From the IMG/VR virus record IMGVR_UViG_3300025961_000410: a DNA stretch of 64,000 bases. One strand, written 5' to 3'. The notes beneath the pieces are model-generated. The model did no database searches. It worked only from the letters and a program-made list of their open reading frames with translations, and was not told where the DNA came from. Each line of letters begins with the position of its first letter. Position 1 is the first letter of the stretch. The DNA comes from an uncultured virus (IMG/VR IMGVR_UViG_3300025961_000410) (lineage: Duplodnaviria; Heunggongvirae; Uroviricota; Caudoviricetes). The position numbers and the translations under genes are program-made. Of the stretch, positions 39,383-49,482 are shown in pieces.

Positions 39383-42013
39383 TTATTGTAAAACTCCCTG
39401 AGCTTTCGCGATCTTCAAAGCCTGCTCACCTAGTTTGCCATACTGGTGTTTAGCGCGTATAACAACATCAATTACGGGATAGCCAGCTTCTCTCAAGTTC
39501 TTCAGTTCGTTGATGATTTGAGGGATACTGGCAGCCTGTTTTAATTCTGGCTCTTCTGGAGCTGGCATTACAGGCAGATTGTACTCGTCAGCTTCGTCAG
39601 CCTCATTACTGGCAGTTTTTTTACTTTGTTTAGGATTACCACCGTTTTGTGGGGGACGATGCAGAGTAAATTCGCCCATTTCGTTTACCATATCTTCAGG
39701 TGTTTCATGACTATTTAAATCATGCGTTTCTGGCTCACCACTACCATTCCAATCAATGATTGGACCCCTATGCTTTGTATCTGTAACAACACCTGTGCCA
39801 TAATCTGGATGGCTAATTTGTGTCCCGACAGGAAAATGCTTAGAAAAGAAATTATAGGATGCATCTCCCTCATCGTCACTATGAGCTCTAGAGGCCTCGC
39901 CCATGTCCACACCTTGGTTGGCAGGTGTTGGAACAAAATCAGGATCAGGTGGGTGGACAGTATTAGAAGGTTCATCAGACTTTTCAGGACCACTTGGTTC
40001 AACTCCCCACCAAGGTTGGTTACCACTCACTGCTTTATAATAACCATCATCGTCTACTTCAATGAGACCTTTAGCTGCAAGTTCTTTTATTCTTGGTGAG
40101 TTAGAATCAGCTGGAACCCTAAAATTAACGTTCTTAATACATTGTAACATATATGCAGAATCTGGACTCAAAGATGCTTTATCCGAAACACCAGGTGATG
40201 ACTGGGGTGGATCACTCTGAGGTACTTTATCTTTCTGAACAGGGCCTTGAACAGGTGAATTTTTCTTCTTACGGCCACTACCAGGTCCACCAGCAGTCTT
40301 CAGGTGTTGCTTAGGAATAATGAAGGTACCAGCTTCAAACTCAACTTCTAGAGAGACACCATCTCCGTAGACATCTCCAACAACCTTACCTTTTTCACCC
40401 TTTTCTAGCTGTGATTGACCACCACCTCTAGTTCTCAACAACTGCCCTTTTTCCAGCTTTACTTCATCACCAACTTTGAAATCGTCTGAAATATCTCTCT
40501 CGGCTGGGTCGATCATATCATCATTGCTAGGGGCAATTGCAGCTTGCTTAGCACCTTCATGATGTGGACCGTCATCAGCTTTGAACGTTGGACAAGCACA
40601 ACCAGGAACATTGCAATGGTCAGTGCCATTTTCATGTTCAGACTTAGCATCGCCACAATCGCAAGTTGAACTTTCAGCAACCTTTTTGTTAGCGTCCTTA
40701 ACAATCAAGCTTTGTTCGTCAATGATTGTTTCGCCATGGTTGAGAATCCAGCTACCACCGTAGGGTTCAATCGATGTAACATGAAGTGGAGTCCAATACC
40801 CACCCAGCCCCATCTCATCAATGAGGATGTCCATCCCAGGCTTTATCTCTTGTGGAGTGATTGGCTGAGCCTTAGCTTGCTTTGAACCTTCAACCCTAGC
40901 ACTCGAATCTTGTGGCGAAGCAACTTCAGATGATTTGAAGCTGACAGTAGCCTTGCCCTTTGTAACATCAAGCTCTTCAAAGATGCTGTTACCAGAAATC
41001 GTTCCTAGATCCCGATGTTCTTTGTTGTTAGCAAGCCTCAAAACATAGCTTCGAATCTGCTGTTTGATATTGCCAACAGACATATCTTCAGTCTGTTCTG
41101 GATCCCAAGAAATTTCAAGCCAGATTCGATCACCTTTAGTAGTTGGTGGGCTACTCTTTAGCTTGAGTGATGCTGAAGCTGGCTGGTTAGCTTGCTTACA
41201 GAATGACTCCATGTTACCAACCTTACCACAGGTAGCACATTCGAACTGATCATCGTCATAGTCAGCAAAAACTGTTAACGAATCACAATCTGGACATTTA
41301 GGTGGAGTCTCAGTATCTGGCAGAGCTCTAACACCGTCTTCAATATCTCTAAAATCGCTGGGCTGTTCATCAGCTTGTTTTGCAAGCTCAAGAGCTCCCT
41401 CACCCTTTACTGCAGCTCTTAGTAAGCTAGCGTTTTTAGAGGCAGAAAATAAACCTGGGTTGATTCTAGGCTGAATGTTCATCTTTTTCTCTACCTGATG
41501 GTAACGCTGTAGCTCATCATGAGTCATTGGGGCTGAAAAAGTATGTCGAGGACTTGTAAACTGCTTGAAGGTTCCAGCCTTCACTATGTCCAAAATTGAT
41601 GAGGGGCTAATCACTTTTAGACTGCCATCATGAATCATCACACCAGGATCTACAACCTGGCCATTACGAATCTCAACGGGGATATCTATACTGTTTCTAA
41701 CGCCACTGAGAGTTGTGAAGTTAGCTACAAGCATTACGCAACCATCTTCTACTACCTGTTGCCCGCCTTTGTTAGCAACTTTGGTACTCTTGATATTTGC
41801 ATAGCGTATATCTGGAGGAATTGGAATCTCAAACGTTGCTAACAACTTCCTAGTCTTGTCAATAGCAGTTGCAACTACAGCTCTCAACGTCTTTGGTTGA
41901 GAAGACTCTAGTTGATTTTTAGAGAAATCCCATGCACTGTTAGCTGATCTGCTAATAGCTTGTCTAGCAGCTTCATTAGCTTTGGTTGACATTAATGACC
42001 CCACCCATGCCAT
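39383..42013 (-). CDS. Large modular protein with repeated KxA motifs (probable head/internal virion protein)
   Basis: Zn ribbons, SH3-like units and low-complexity segments separated by KQA/KVA/KTA; start probably MSTKAN at 41992. Confidence 0.65.
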   Translation of the reverse strand: MAWVGSLMSTKANEAARQAISRSANSAWDFSKNQLESSQPKTLRAVVATAIDKTRKLLATFEIPIPPDIRYANIKSTKVANKGGQQVVEDGCVMLVANFTTLSGVRNSIDIPVEIRNGQVVDPGVMIHDGSLKVISPSSILDIVKAGTFKQFTSPRHTFSAPMTHDELQRYHQVEKKMNIQPRINPGLFSASKNASLLRAAVKGEGALELAKQADEQPSDFRDIEDGVRALPDTETPPKCPDCDSLTVFADYDDDQFECATCGKVGNMESFCKQANQPASASLKLKSSPPTTKGDRIWLEISWDPEQTEDMSVGNIKQQIRSYVLRLANNKEHRDLGTISGNSIFEELDVTKGKATVSFKSSEVASPQDSSARVEGSKQAKAQPITPQEIKPGMDILIDEMGLGGYWTPLHVTSIEPYGGSWILNHGETIIDEQSLIVKDANKKVAESSTCDCGDAKSEHENGTDHCNVPGCACPTFKADDGPHHEGAKQAAIAPSNDDMIDPAERDISDDFKVGDEVKLEKGQLLRTRGGGQSQLEKGEKGKVVGDVYGDGVSLEVEFEAGTFIIPKQHLKTAGGPGSGRKKKNSPVQGPVQKDKVPQSDPPQSSPGVSDKASLSPDSAYMLQCIKNVNFRVPADSNSPRIKELAAKGLIEVDDDGYYKAVSGNQPWWGVEPSGPEKSDEPSNTVHPPDPDFVPTPANQGVDMGEASRAHSDDEGDASYNFFSKHFPVGTQISHPDYGTGVVTDTKHRGPIIDWNGSGEPETHDLNSHETPEDMVNEMGEFTLHRPPQNGGNPKQSKKTASNEADEADEYNLPVMPAPEEPELKQAASIPQIINELKNLREAGYPVIDVVIRAKHQYGKLGEQALKIAKAQGVLQ

Positions 42014-43497
42014 CCACCAGACGACTTGCCTTTTTCTTTATCGTCCGAAAGGATGTCATCTTTACTCTTTTCAACACTAAGAACTTTATCAGAAATCCAT
42101 CGAGTTTCTCCACCGTCTAAACGAACGAGGATAACCCCTTCTTGGACTTCTTCTGCGACTCCAGCATCATCATCCTGTAACCCATCAACAGCTTGGGTAA
42201 CTTTTACTCGGTCGCCTGGATGAATCCCGCCACCAGCCTGCTTTGAACCAGGCCGGTATCCAGGCCCATCCTCATTTAAGAACTGTGGATTAGACTGATC
42301 GTAACCAGTTGATTGATCCCAGTTAGAAAAGTCAGCAGCATCTCCAACACCTGGAATATCTGCGGGAATCTGGTTGCCACTGTACATAGTCTCTGGAGAG
42401 ATATGGTTTACTGCCCCAGGGTTTCTACGATCTGTAAGAGTAACTTTTCCATGCTCTTGAGCAATCTTTAGCAAACCAATAGCTCTCTTAAACCCGCTAT
42501 CATGCAAAGATCTAACAAGAGCATCACGCTCCCAAAAATCTAAGCTTCCCTGAGCTTCTTTCCAAGCAGAAGCAAGCTTGGAATCATCCACATTGGCTTC
42601 AAGCAGCTTGCTAATTCGTTCAAAAGCAGACTGAACATTTGGACTCATGCTCTGAAAGGGATCCATCCCTAACTGAAGCTGTTGCATGAGTTCAGGTGTC
42701 AACATCAAGACAATCTGTTGGGCTGCCTTTTGGCTTCTACCATGTAAGTCACAGTTAGGATGCTTGCAGCAAGGACATTCATATCCAGTCTGGATTGGCA
42801 GAATTACATCATCTAGCTTGATCTGACTGTGCTTGCTAGCTTCTCGAATCATACGAGAGATTATCACCCTATAGAAACCTGGGTTCTCATCATACTTAGA
42901 GAGTAAGCTTTTAGCCGAATCAAGACTATGAACAGCTACAACCTTCTTATCAATATCTGATAAGTTTGCAAAGCGATCTAAAGCAGGAATCTGACCAAGT
43001 CTGATAGCTCTATTGATCTCTGCTTTAACTGATGCTTCAGTGATGGTTCTTAATACATCGGAGGTAGCAGCTCCCTCTTTATCTTCATCTTCAAAAGGGT
43101 TAAGCTCTACCATTAAACCTTCAGTTACTGAGTGGTTAGCAGCCCAACCACCCTTAGCTTCAACTACAAAGGCAGTGTTATTACAGCCCCAATGCCCTTT
43201 TGTTCCAGGTTGGATGTTAGCAACAATCTTTGCAACTTTACGATCAGCACCAATAAACACAATATCAATGGGAAATGCAACCTTTCCCATATGAAACTCT
43301 GTGTACCTTGGTGGTGTAAAGGGAAAAAGCATGCCTTGCCCATCCTTAAGCAAGGCATGCTTTTGCAGCCCGATGGTCGATTCCACTGGGCTGTTAGCTA
43401 CTTCACAGTAAAGCTTGCCACTTCCAATCCTCACTGAAACTCTAGTCTTAAATGCTAGAATCTTCAGTGAACGGTTTGAGAAGTGATCTTCAATCAT
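41992..43497 (-). CDS. DUF192-domain protein with KxA-delimited C-terminal modules
   Basis: GLQKH...GMLFPF...FHMGKVAFPIDIVFI...VVEAKGG (DUF192); C-terminal KOW/SH3-like PGDRVKV. Confidence 0.75.
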   Translation of the reverse strand: MIEDHFSNRSLKILAFKTRVSVRIGSGKLYCEVANSPVESTIGLQKHALLKDGQGMLFPFTPPRYTEFHMGKVAFPIDIVFIGADRKVAKIVANIQPGTKGHWGCNNTAFVVEAKGGWAANHSVTEGLMVELNPFEDEDKEGAATSDVLRTITEASVKAEINRAIRLGQIPALDRFANLSDIDKKVVAVHSLDSAKSLLSKYDENPGFYRVIISRMIREASKHSQIKLDDVILPIQTGYECPCCKHPNCDLHGRSQKAAQQIVLMLTPELMQQLQLGMDPFQSMSPNVQSAFERISKLLEANVDDSKLASAWKEAQGSLDFWERDALVRSLHDSGFKRAIGLLKIAQEHGKVTLTDRRNPGAVNHISPETMYSGNQIPADIPGVGDAADFSNWDQSTGYDQSNPQFLNEDGPGYRPGSKQAGGGIHPGDRVKVTQAVDGLQDDDAGVAEEVQEGVILVRLDGGETRWISDKVLSVEKSKDDILSDDKEKGKSSGGWHGWGH

Positions 43498-43769
43498 CGA
43501 TCACAGCACCAAACACGACCAATTATTTGGTTAGGTCGATCGATCGGTCCAGTGCAGTACTGAGTGTCGGGTCGTTCGATCTCGCTAGTACAACGGACGA
43601 CGCTTTGTTCTATCGAGCAGTCATCGTCCAAAACGGAAGTGGTACACGTGATGTTTTCAATGGGAGTAGAATGGTTGCTAGATTCAAATGGGCTGCCAGC
43701 GTAGGATCTGGTTTCGTCGATTGAACCAGAGCAGCCAACTAGCAACAGTAGTGTTGGTATGAGTTTCAT
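43494..43769 (-). CDS. Small Cys-rich lipoprotein
   Basis: Lipobox LLLVGC; C-terminal WCC. Confidence 0.65.
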   Translation of the reverse strand: MKLIPTLLLLVGCSGSIDETRSYAGSPFESSNHSTPIENITCTTSVLDDDCSIEQSVVRCTSEIERPDTQYCTGPIDRPNQIIGRVWCCDR

Positions 43770-43790
43770 AATTGAAAGAGTAATCTGAAC

Positions 43791-44411
43791 TCAATACCAC
43801 CAAGTGACGGAGACGAAATCGACGTACGCGCGGTTTTCCTGATATTCGCCTGGCTTGTCCAATTCGACTCGAGCGATCATATTCTGAGTGCAGTTTTGTA
43901 TCGCTGGTGTCCCAACGAAGTGCCACTGACCGGCTGGGGTTGGTGGTATATCGAAACTCTCTACATACTGATAGAAGTAGTTCGAGTCCAACATCTGGAT
44001 GCTTCCCTTCACATGGGAGTCAGCATGGACGTAAGCTGCCATCGCGCAGTATTTAGGTTTACCAACTGGCTTGATGAAATCGAATGGACATCCAACCTGG
44101 TGGGAAGCTTGTTGTGGGGCACCAAAATGAGCATCGTACGGGTGGTCGATCACGATGAACGCTTCTGGTGGATCAAACTGAGAGATGTAAAAAGACGCCG
44201 ACGTTCCTCCAGCCGGGTAACTCATCCGAGTGCTTTCCGCTACGCTACCAAATGAGTTGTTCCAAACCGACCATTGGTTCAGCGTATGGAACTCGAAATA
44301 CTCGCTGGACATGTATCGGAAACACCACGTTTGGGCGGAGGCAGTTCGTGGTGTGCAGAACAGAGCAAGTAGCAGCAGGATTGGAAGAAGAGTTTTTATC
44401 GTCGTTTTCAT
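43791..44411 (-). CDS. Secreted beta-rich protein (moron)
   Basis: Signal peptide ending ASA-Q; AAAGGA RBS; locally higher GC. Confidence 0.7.
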   Translation of the reverse strand: MKTTIKTLLPILLLLALFCTPRTASAQTWCFRYMSSEYFEFHTLNQWSVWNNSFGSVAESTRMSYPAGGTSASFYISQFDPPEAFIVIDHPYDAHFGAPQQASHQVGCPFDFIKPVGKPKYCAMAAYVHADSHVKGSIQMLDSNYFYQYVESFDIPPTPAGQWHFVGTPAIQNCTQNMIARVELDKPGEYQENRAYVDFVSVTWWY

Positions 44412-44435
44412 GGTAGATTTTTTCCTTTGCAGGTT

Positions 44436-44487
44436 TTGAGAGTCAGTCTCTCAATATAGTTTACCGCCTCAACTATTACGTTGTAAA
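44436..44487 (-). promoter_or_regulatory. Sigma70-like promoter plus leader hairpin for the moron
   Basis: TTTACA-N18-TAAACT then TTGAGAG-actga-CTCTCAA. Confidence 0.45.
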
Positions 44488-44491
44488 TCCA

Positions 44492-45253
44492 TCAACCTTC
44501 AGAAGGAGGGAACAAAGAGATTAAAGAAGTCTCTGTAACTGTCCCATCAGCAATAGCAGCCTTAAGAGCTGAGACAGTGTCGATATTGTACTTCTTCTGA
44601 ATCTTAGCTTTCATTGCTTTTCCGATTCCTTTTATGGAAAGCAACTCTTCTGGATCTGCTTCTGGAGATGGGTCATTTGATTCATCTTCAGGTTCATTAG
44701 AGATCTCTTCTGAAGATTTCTCAACGGGATCAGAGCTAATCGACTCAGTCTGGCTAGATCCTACCTGATCTGCATCCTCATCAGAATCTTCTTCAGTAGT
44801 CTCTGTAGACCCGTCATTAACAATAGGTTCAACCTCACTGTTAATAGTATTGCTTGGCTCTTCTGAAGAAGGTTTAGACCGATTCTGAATAAAGGTTTCG
44901 TAATTTTCAGCCTTGTATCCAGCAGCTACAAACTCCTCAAGTGTTGGAAGATACTCTTGATTCTCTTCACCTGATTCAGTCTCAACCTCGTCTGGTTCGT
45001 GCTTCAGCCATCCACGATTCATGTATGACTGAACGTTAGGTTGGTTGACAGCATTTTCCCATTCAAGATTCCAAGGAGGAGCCATCAGATCAACGACAGC
45101 CCCAACTCCCATCTTGAAATGGATGCCTGATCTGGCTAAGCGTTTAACTCTCCACTGTGGAGTACCTTCAGGAACTGGCTCCATTGGCATAAGTTCGAAG
45201 GTAAGGATCCCTCCTGACAGATTTCGAATTTTGAAACTAGTTTCGCTCATCAC
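44492..45253 (-). CDS. Acidic protein with C-terminal helix-hairpin-helix motif
   Basis: E/D/S-rich linker; LLSIKGIGKAMKAKI. Confidence 0.7.
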   Translation of the reverse strand: MMSETSFKIRNLSGGILTFELMPMEPVPEGTPQWRVKRLARSGIHFKMGVGAVVDLMAPPWNLEWENAVNQPNVQSYMNRGWLKHEPDEVETESGEENQEYLPTLEEFVAAGYKAENYETFIQNRSKPSSEEPSNTINSEVEPIVNDGSTETTEEDSDEDADQVGSSQTESISSDPVEKSSEEISNEPEDESNDPSPEADPEELLSIKGIGKAMKAKIQKKYNIDTVSALKAAIADGTVTETSLISLFPPSEG

Positions 45254-48200
45254 ATTCCTCCAACAGAAGCAGCAAGGTCTTGATCTAGGTACTGTCCACC
45301 AGTTTGGCTTTGAGCTGTCTGAACTTCAGGTTCTGGTTCCAGCTTGGGAGGAACAGGTTCTGGGGCTTTCATCGGATTACCAACAGCTCCAGGCTGAACT
45401 TGTGATTCAGTTTCCATTGGAGCCGGTGGTGGAGTCATACCTGGAGCTGTTGGAGTCATTTGGCGATGGCTCCAATCAGGGACTTCTCCATTCATGTAAC
45501 GATGGAGTTGATGAACATCTTGAGCATCATCTGCTTCTAAATGACGGCCATAGTTCCCACCATCTCCCCATTCTTCAGACAGAGTAGCTGCTGTCTTTGA
45601 AGCGTAGGTTTGATTGTTGGGAGGAGTTGTTTGCATACGCTGCTCTAACTCATCTTCTTCGTATGGCTGCAACTCATTTGATAATGGGTTATCCTGTTGT
45701 GGACCTGCATTATCATTCTCTTGACTCTCACGATTCAGGATGGCCCCATTATAGTCAGCACCCATTCCCTGTGGGTTGTTGCCAACGTCTAACTGAGGAA
45801 GTTGCTCTGGAGCATCATGCATCATTCCACAATCTTGGCATTGAATTCCAGATCCGACATCTTGTAGGTTTGATCCGTTGCAAGCCATGCAGGCGTTAGC
45901 TCCCATTTGGCTTTCAACTGAGTTAGACATCCCTCCAGAATTATCTGCACCAGAACTTGGTACAGCCTGTGGGATGTTCATCTCTTGAGATTGTTTACCA
46001 GCAGCCCAACGAATTGCAGCTCTTTTTTCATCATCATCAGGTTCCATCTCATCGTCTTCAGCTTGACGAATTAATGCGAAGGCGTGGTTTCCTTCGATCT
46101 GATGTGCTTCAACAATAAAAGCAGAGCGATTACCCGTAAAGCTGTTAACATATGTTTGAAGCTCTCTCTGAGTTGGTGGGTTCAGATTGGCATCAAACTT
46201 AAAAGTAAATGCCATCTTGCCATCTTCACGAACTTCAGCTTCCCCATCTTGGTCGATGTCGTTTCGATCAGAAGTGAAGACTTGCTTGTTATCAATCAAG
46301 CTCTGAGCCTGACGCATTAACCAGCCATTCTCATCGCCAATCCCTGCTAAAAGATCTCGACTTGGACGATTAGCTTTTGCTTGACGATAACCTTCAGCTG
46401 GATCAAGAGATGCCACGAAGCTATCAACAATGTCCGCATTGACTTCCTTCTCCAAGCTCTGAGTTGTTTGGAGCTGGTTGATAGCTTGATCTTCCAGGTT
46501 CTCGATGTCATCATGCTTGTCAGCTTCAGGCTCCATATCAGGTTTTGGAGCATACTGACCTTTTTCTGGATCCCATTGATGATCAGGATTTACTAAACTT
46601 TGTGCACCAGGATCAGATGGCATTCCCAACCCAGGTTTCTGAACTCCAGGACTAAATGGAGCAGTACTAGATAGTCCTGGAACCCCAGTCGATGGCTTAG
46701 GTGGATCACCCTGAAGCATCTCATCAATGTTTGGCGTAGGCAGTTGAGGCCCGACTGGTCCAGTCGATGGCTTAGGCTTACCTAGATCGGGACTTGGTTG
46801 ATGACTAAATGGAGCAGTACTAGAGAGACCTGGAACCCCTTCTGACTTTCCCTTACCAAAAGTTTCCGCAGGATGATCTGGGTGTTGCTTAATACCCTGA
46901 TCATGCATCATCTTTTGGTGGTCTCGCAAAGCATCATTTGCTTTAAAAAGAGCTTGAGATGGAGTACCATTTCCAACCTGATTGTTCCAGATATGGTTTC
47001 TCTGCTGTTCAAGCTTTTTCTCTTTAGCAATGGCTGGGTGTTCACCTGGACTCTCTTTTTTACGCCCAGAACCGGGACCACCAGCAGTCTCCTGCATGTC
47101 AGCTTCAGGCATCAACTGTGACAGCTTGGGATTTGGCTTAACATTCTCCCAAGGCACTGGATCCTGTCCATGATCAGGCTCTTCAGCATCAGCTTTATCA
47201 GGTAACGAAGTACCTGATTGATTCTTTGGCTGATTGATGTTCTGCGGGCTTACCGATGGAACTGAAAACCCCTCTTCCTGTCCACTGTCTGGGCCTAAGG
47301 TTTCCCCACCACCAGCAGTCTTATAAGGCTTAGCATTAAACTGGCATGCTAGCTTATAGTTAGCAGACACTGAAACATAGTCAGTCCGCTTTCCAGCAGA
47401 CTTCAGCTTGTTATAAACCATTGTCCAAAGATGAGGCGTGGCAGCCCACTTTGGAGCAGTTGAACTAGCTTCAAGCCTAGCTGCAGCTGTCTTACGACTA
47501 GTCTTACCAACAACTCCAGTAGACGTTCCAGCCTGGCTTTGAGCTGGATGCTTCTGAATTGGCTTTGGCTCTTTAAAACCCTCTTCAGTGTCAGAATCAG
47601 GTCCTAACTCTGCATCACCAGTTCCGATGCCTTTGACCGCATCTGGCTGTTGCTGATTAACCTTTGGATCAAAGTTTGGATCACTCTGAGCCATCTTCAA
47701 AAAGTCACTAGCAACCTTATCAATCAGGCTAAGGCGAGCTTGGCGTTGCCCACCTGTTGGTGATTGGATAACAACCATATCTTGGTCATTAACCCTTAAC
47801 GTCCAACCAGCGATCTTAACCGTTTGAGCATCAAGAGCAGCTTCGACAACCTGGTTAGCAGAAGGTAACCTAGAGGTTCTAACTCTGCTGTCCATAGCAC
47901 TCTTGTTAGAGAGTTGTTCAGCAGCATTCGATTCGGTAATTCCTGGAACTTGACCTTCAGGCTGACCTGACACTTCAACCTCCATTGGATTCCCCTCAGT
48001 AACCTCTCCAGCTTCTGGAACATTCTCACCCATCTTTAATAAGGCGAGGATGTATTGGCGGCTTCGGATCTGGTCTGGACGGTTTCCAGCAAGTCCAGCA
48101 ATTCTGCAAGCTTCATCAAAATCAGCTTGAGTTTTAATTCGACTAGCCATCACAGCTAATCTCTGAACTGGTAATTCAACAAATCCAACTTTTGGAAGAG

Positions 48201-48627
48201 CGTTGGAGATAATGTCAACAGCTGCTGTCTTACCATAAGACTGAGCATAATGCTTCTTCAAATTGGTAAGTTGACCAGCAGTTAAAACACCAGTAGGATC
48301 AGCTTCCCACAGTGATCTAAGCTGATAACCTAGGGCTTTAACGCCATGATCAGAGCTTGCATTGACTAGTTTTTTAACGGACTGATAGGCATCAAACCGT
48401 CCAACAACTGGCAGACTAGGATTGAAGTCATTATCAATGGTTGCTAAGACTCGATTCTTCAATACATCTAAATGTGGCTGAGAGATCGATTTCTGAGCCT
48501 TACGTTCTTCGATTCTGCTAGCATCTGCTTCAGCTACCGCTTTAAACTTTTCCAAAGCTGCCGGATTTGAGATGAACAGATCGGTGTCTTTTCCACCAAG
48601 TCTTTTCAGCGCCTTGCGGGTTTGCAT
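45250..48627 (-). CDS. Very large modular protein with repeated K/R-x-A motifs (probable head/internal virion protein)
   Basis: 1125 aa; KTA/RQA/KMA motifs, GGPGSGRKK, internal repeats GVPGLSSTAPFS x2 and LGPDS..EEGF x2, Zn ribbon. Confidence 0.65.
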   Translation of the reverse strand: MQTRKALKRLGGKDTDLFISNPAALEKFKAVAEADASRIEERKAQKSISQPHLDVLKNRVLATIDNDFNPSLPVVGRFDAYQSVKKLVNASSDHGVKALGYQLRSLWEADPTGVLTAGQLTNLKKHYAQSYGKTAAVDIISNALPKVGFVELPVQRLAVMASRIKTQADFDEACRIAGLAGNRPDQIRSRQYILALLKMGENVPEAGEVTEGNPMEVEVSGQPEGQVPGITESNAAEQLSNKSAMDSRVRTSRLPSANQVVEAALDAQTVKIAGWTLRVNDQDMVVIQSPTGGQRQARLSLIDKVASDFLKMAQSDPNFDPKVNQQQPDAVKGIGTGDAELGPDSDTEEGFKEPKPIQKHPAQSQAGTSTGVVGKTSRKTAAARLEASSTAPKWAATPHLWTMVYNKLKSAGKRTDYVSVSANYKLACQFNAKPYKTAGGGETLGPDSGQEEGFSVPSVSPQNINQPKNQSGTSLPDKADAEEPDHGQDPVPWENVKPNPKLSQLMPEADMQETAGGPGSGRKKESPGEHPAIAKEKKLEQQRNHIWNNQVGNGTPSQALFKANDALRDHQKMMHDQGIKQHPDHPAETFGKGKSEGVPGLSSTAPFSHQPSPDLGKPKPSTGPVGPQLPTPNIDEMLQGDPPKPSTGVPGLSSTAPFSPGVQKPGLGMPSDPGAQSLVNPDHQWDPEKGQYAPKPDMEPEADKHDDIENLEDQAINQLQTTQSLEKEVNADIVDSFVASLDPAEGYRQAKANRPSRDLLAGIGDENGWLMRQAQSLIDNKQVFTSDRNDIDQDGEAEVREDGKMAFTFKFDANLNPPTQRELQTYVNSFTGNRSAFIVEAHQIEGNHAFALIRQAEDDEMEPDDDEKRAAIRWAAGKQSQEMNIPQAVPSSGADNSGGMSNSVESQMGANACMACNGSNLQDVGSGIQCQDCGMMHDAPEQLPQLDVGNNPQGMGADYNGAILNRESQENDNAGPQQDNPLSNELQPYEEDELEQRMQTTPPNNQTYASKTAATLSEEWGDGGNYGRHLEADDAQDVHQLHRYMNGEVPDWSHRQMTPTAPGMTPPPAPMETESQVQPGAVGNPMKAPEPVPPKLEPEPEVQTAQSQTGGQYLDQDLAASVGGM

Positions 48628-48628
48628 A

Positions 48629-48835
48629 TTACAGAAACTTTCTTTCGCGTAGAATCTTAGAGAGTAAAAACTCTTGCTTACAACTTGTACACCGATACTG
48701 TATCGGTTTCAAACCTAAAACTTGCTTCAAGGTTCCAGAGCAGTTTTCATCTAAGCAACTGGCTGGACCACAATCTTTACAAATAGCGGAGGCTGCAGAC
48801 CCTCGTCCAGCCTCCGCTATTTGATTAGAACTCAT
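48629..48835 (-). CDS. Small Cys-rich protein
   Basis: CKDC, CLDENC, CTSC. Confidence 0.55.
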   Translation of the reverse strand: MSSNQIAEAGRGSAASAICKDCGPASCLDENCSGTLKQVLGLKPIQYRCTSCKQEFLLSKILRERKFL

Positions 48836-48845
48836 CAGAGATCCA

Positions 48846-49466
48846 TTACTGAGTAGCTATGATAACCTCATAGCGAACTGCACCGATAGTTGGACCACCA
48901 CCAGCAGTGTATGTAATTATGCCTTCAAACACATCACCATCAGATACTGGTGAGTTCAAAACAGCTTCAACGAAACTTCTAGCAGTTGAAGAGGCTGGCA
49001 GTGTCAAGGTCGATGGGAGAATGTTAACACCGTTTTGATTCAGTGTAGTAACATTCAAGGACTCACCAACAGCAATAGCCTTAACTGTAGTGATTCGAAG
49101 CTTGGTAGCTTGACCAGCTCTGGTCGCAGCACCAAAGAAAAGACCTGGGGTTGTTACTGCAGCACCAGTTGTTTGGGTAACACCCAAGTTGTAGTTTGCA
49201 GTTAACTGGCTCAAAAGCTTAGCAGCTGTAACACCAGTTGGTACAAGGTTATAACGAGGACCACCCACTCGGTTGAACTCATCCAATACTTGTCGTGATT
49301 GAGCAAGTTGCTGATGAGTCATCCCCTTTGGCAAGAAAGTTGCAACATCAACAGTCTGTCCTGCAGGGATCAAAGCTCTAGCAGTGAGATGATGACCCTG
49401 AGCAGAAAAGGAGGTTGCCTCAAATGATATGTTTTGATTGGTGAGGTTTTGGATATTGAGTCCCAT
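48846..49466 (-). CDS. Probable virion structural/decoration protein
   Basis: T/A/G/V-rich beta-type composition within the head-like cluster. Confidence 0.5.
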   Translation of the reverse strand: MGLNIQNLTNQNISFEATSFSAQGHHLTARALIPAGQTVDVATFLPKGMTHQQLAQSRQVLDEFNRVGGPRYNLVPTGVTAAKLLSQLTANYNLGVTQTTGAAVTTPGLFFGAATRAGQATKLRITTVKAIAVGESLNVTTLNQNGVNILPSTLTLPASSTARSFVEAVLNSPVSDGDVFEGIITYTAGGGPTIGAVRYEVIIATQ

Positions 49467-49482
49467 TTATCTAACCCTTAGT

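Noticed and set aside
44436..44446. 11-mer ttgagagtcag shared with the 26-kb repeat
   Set aside because: Short enough to be coincidental, with no shared flanking context
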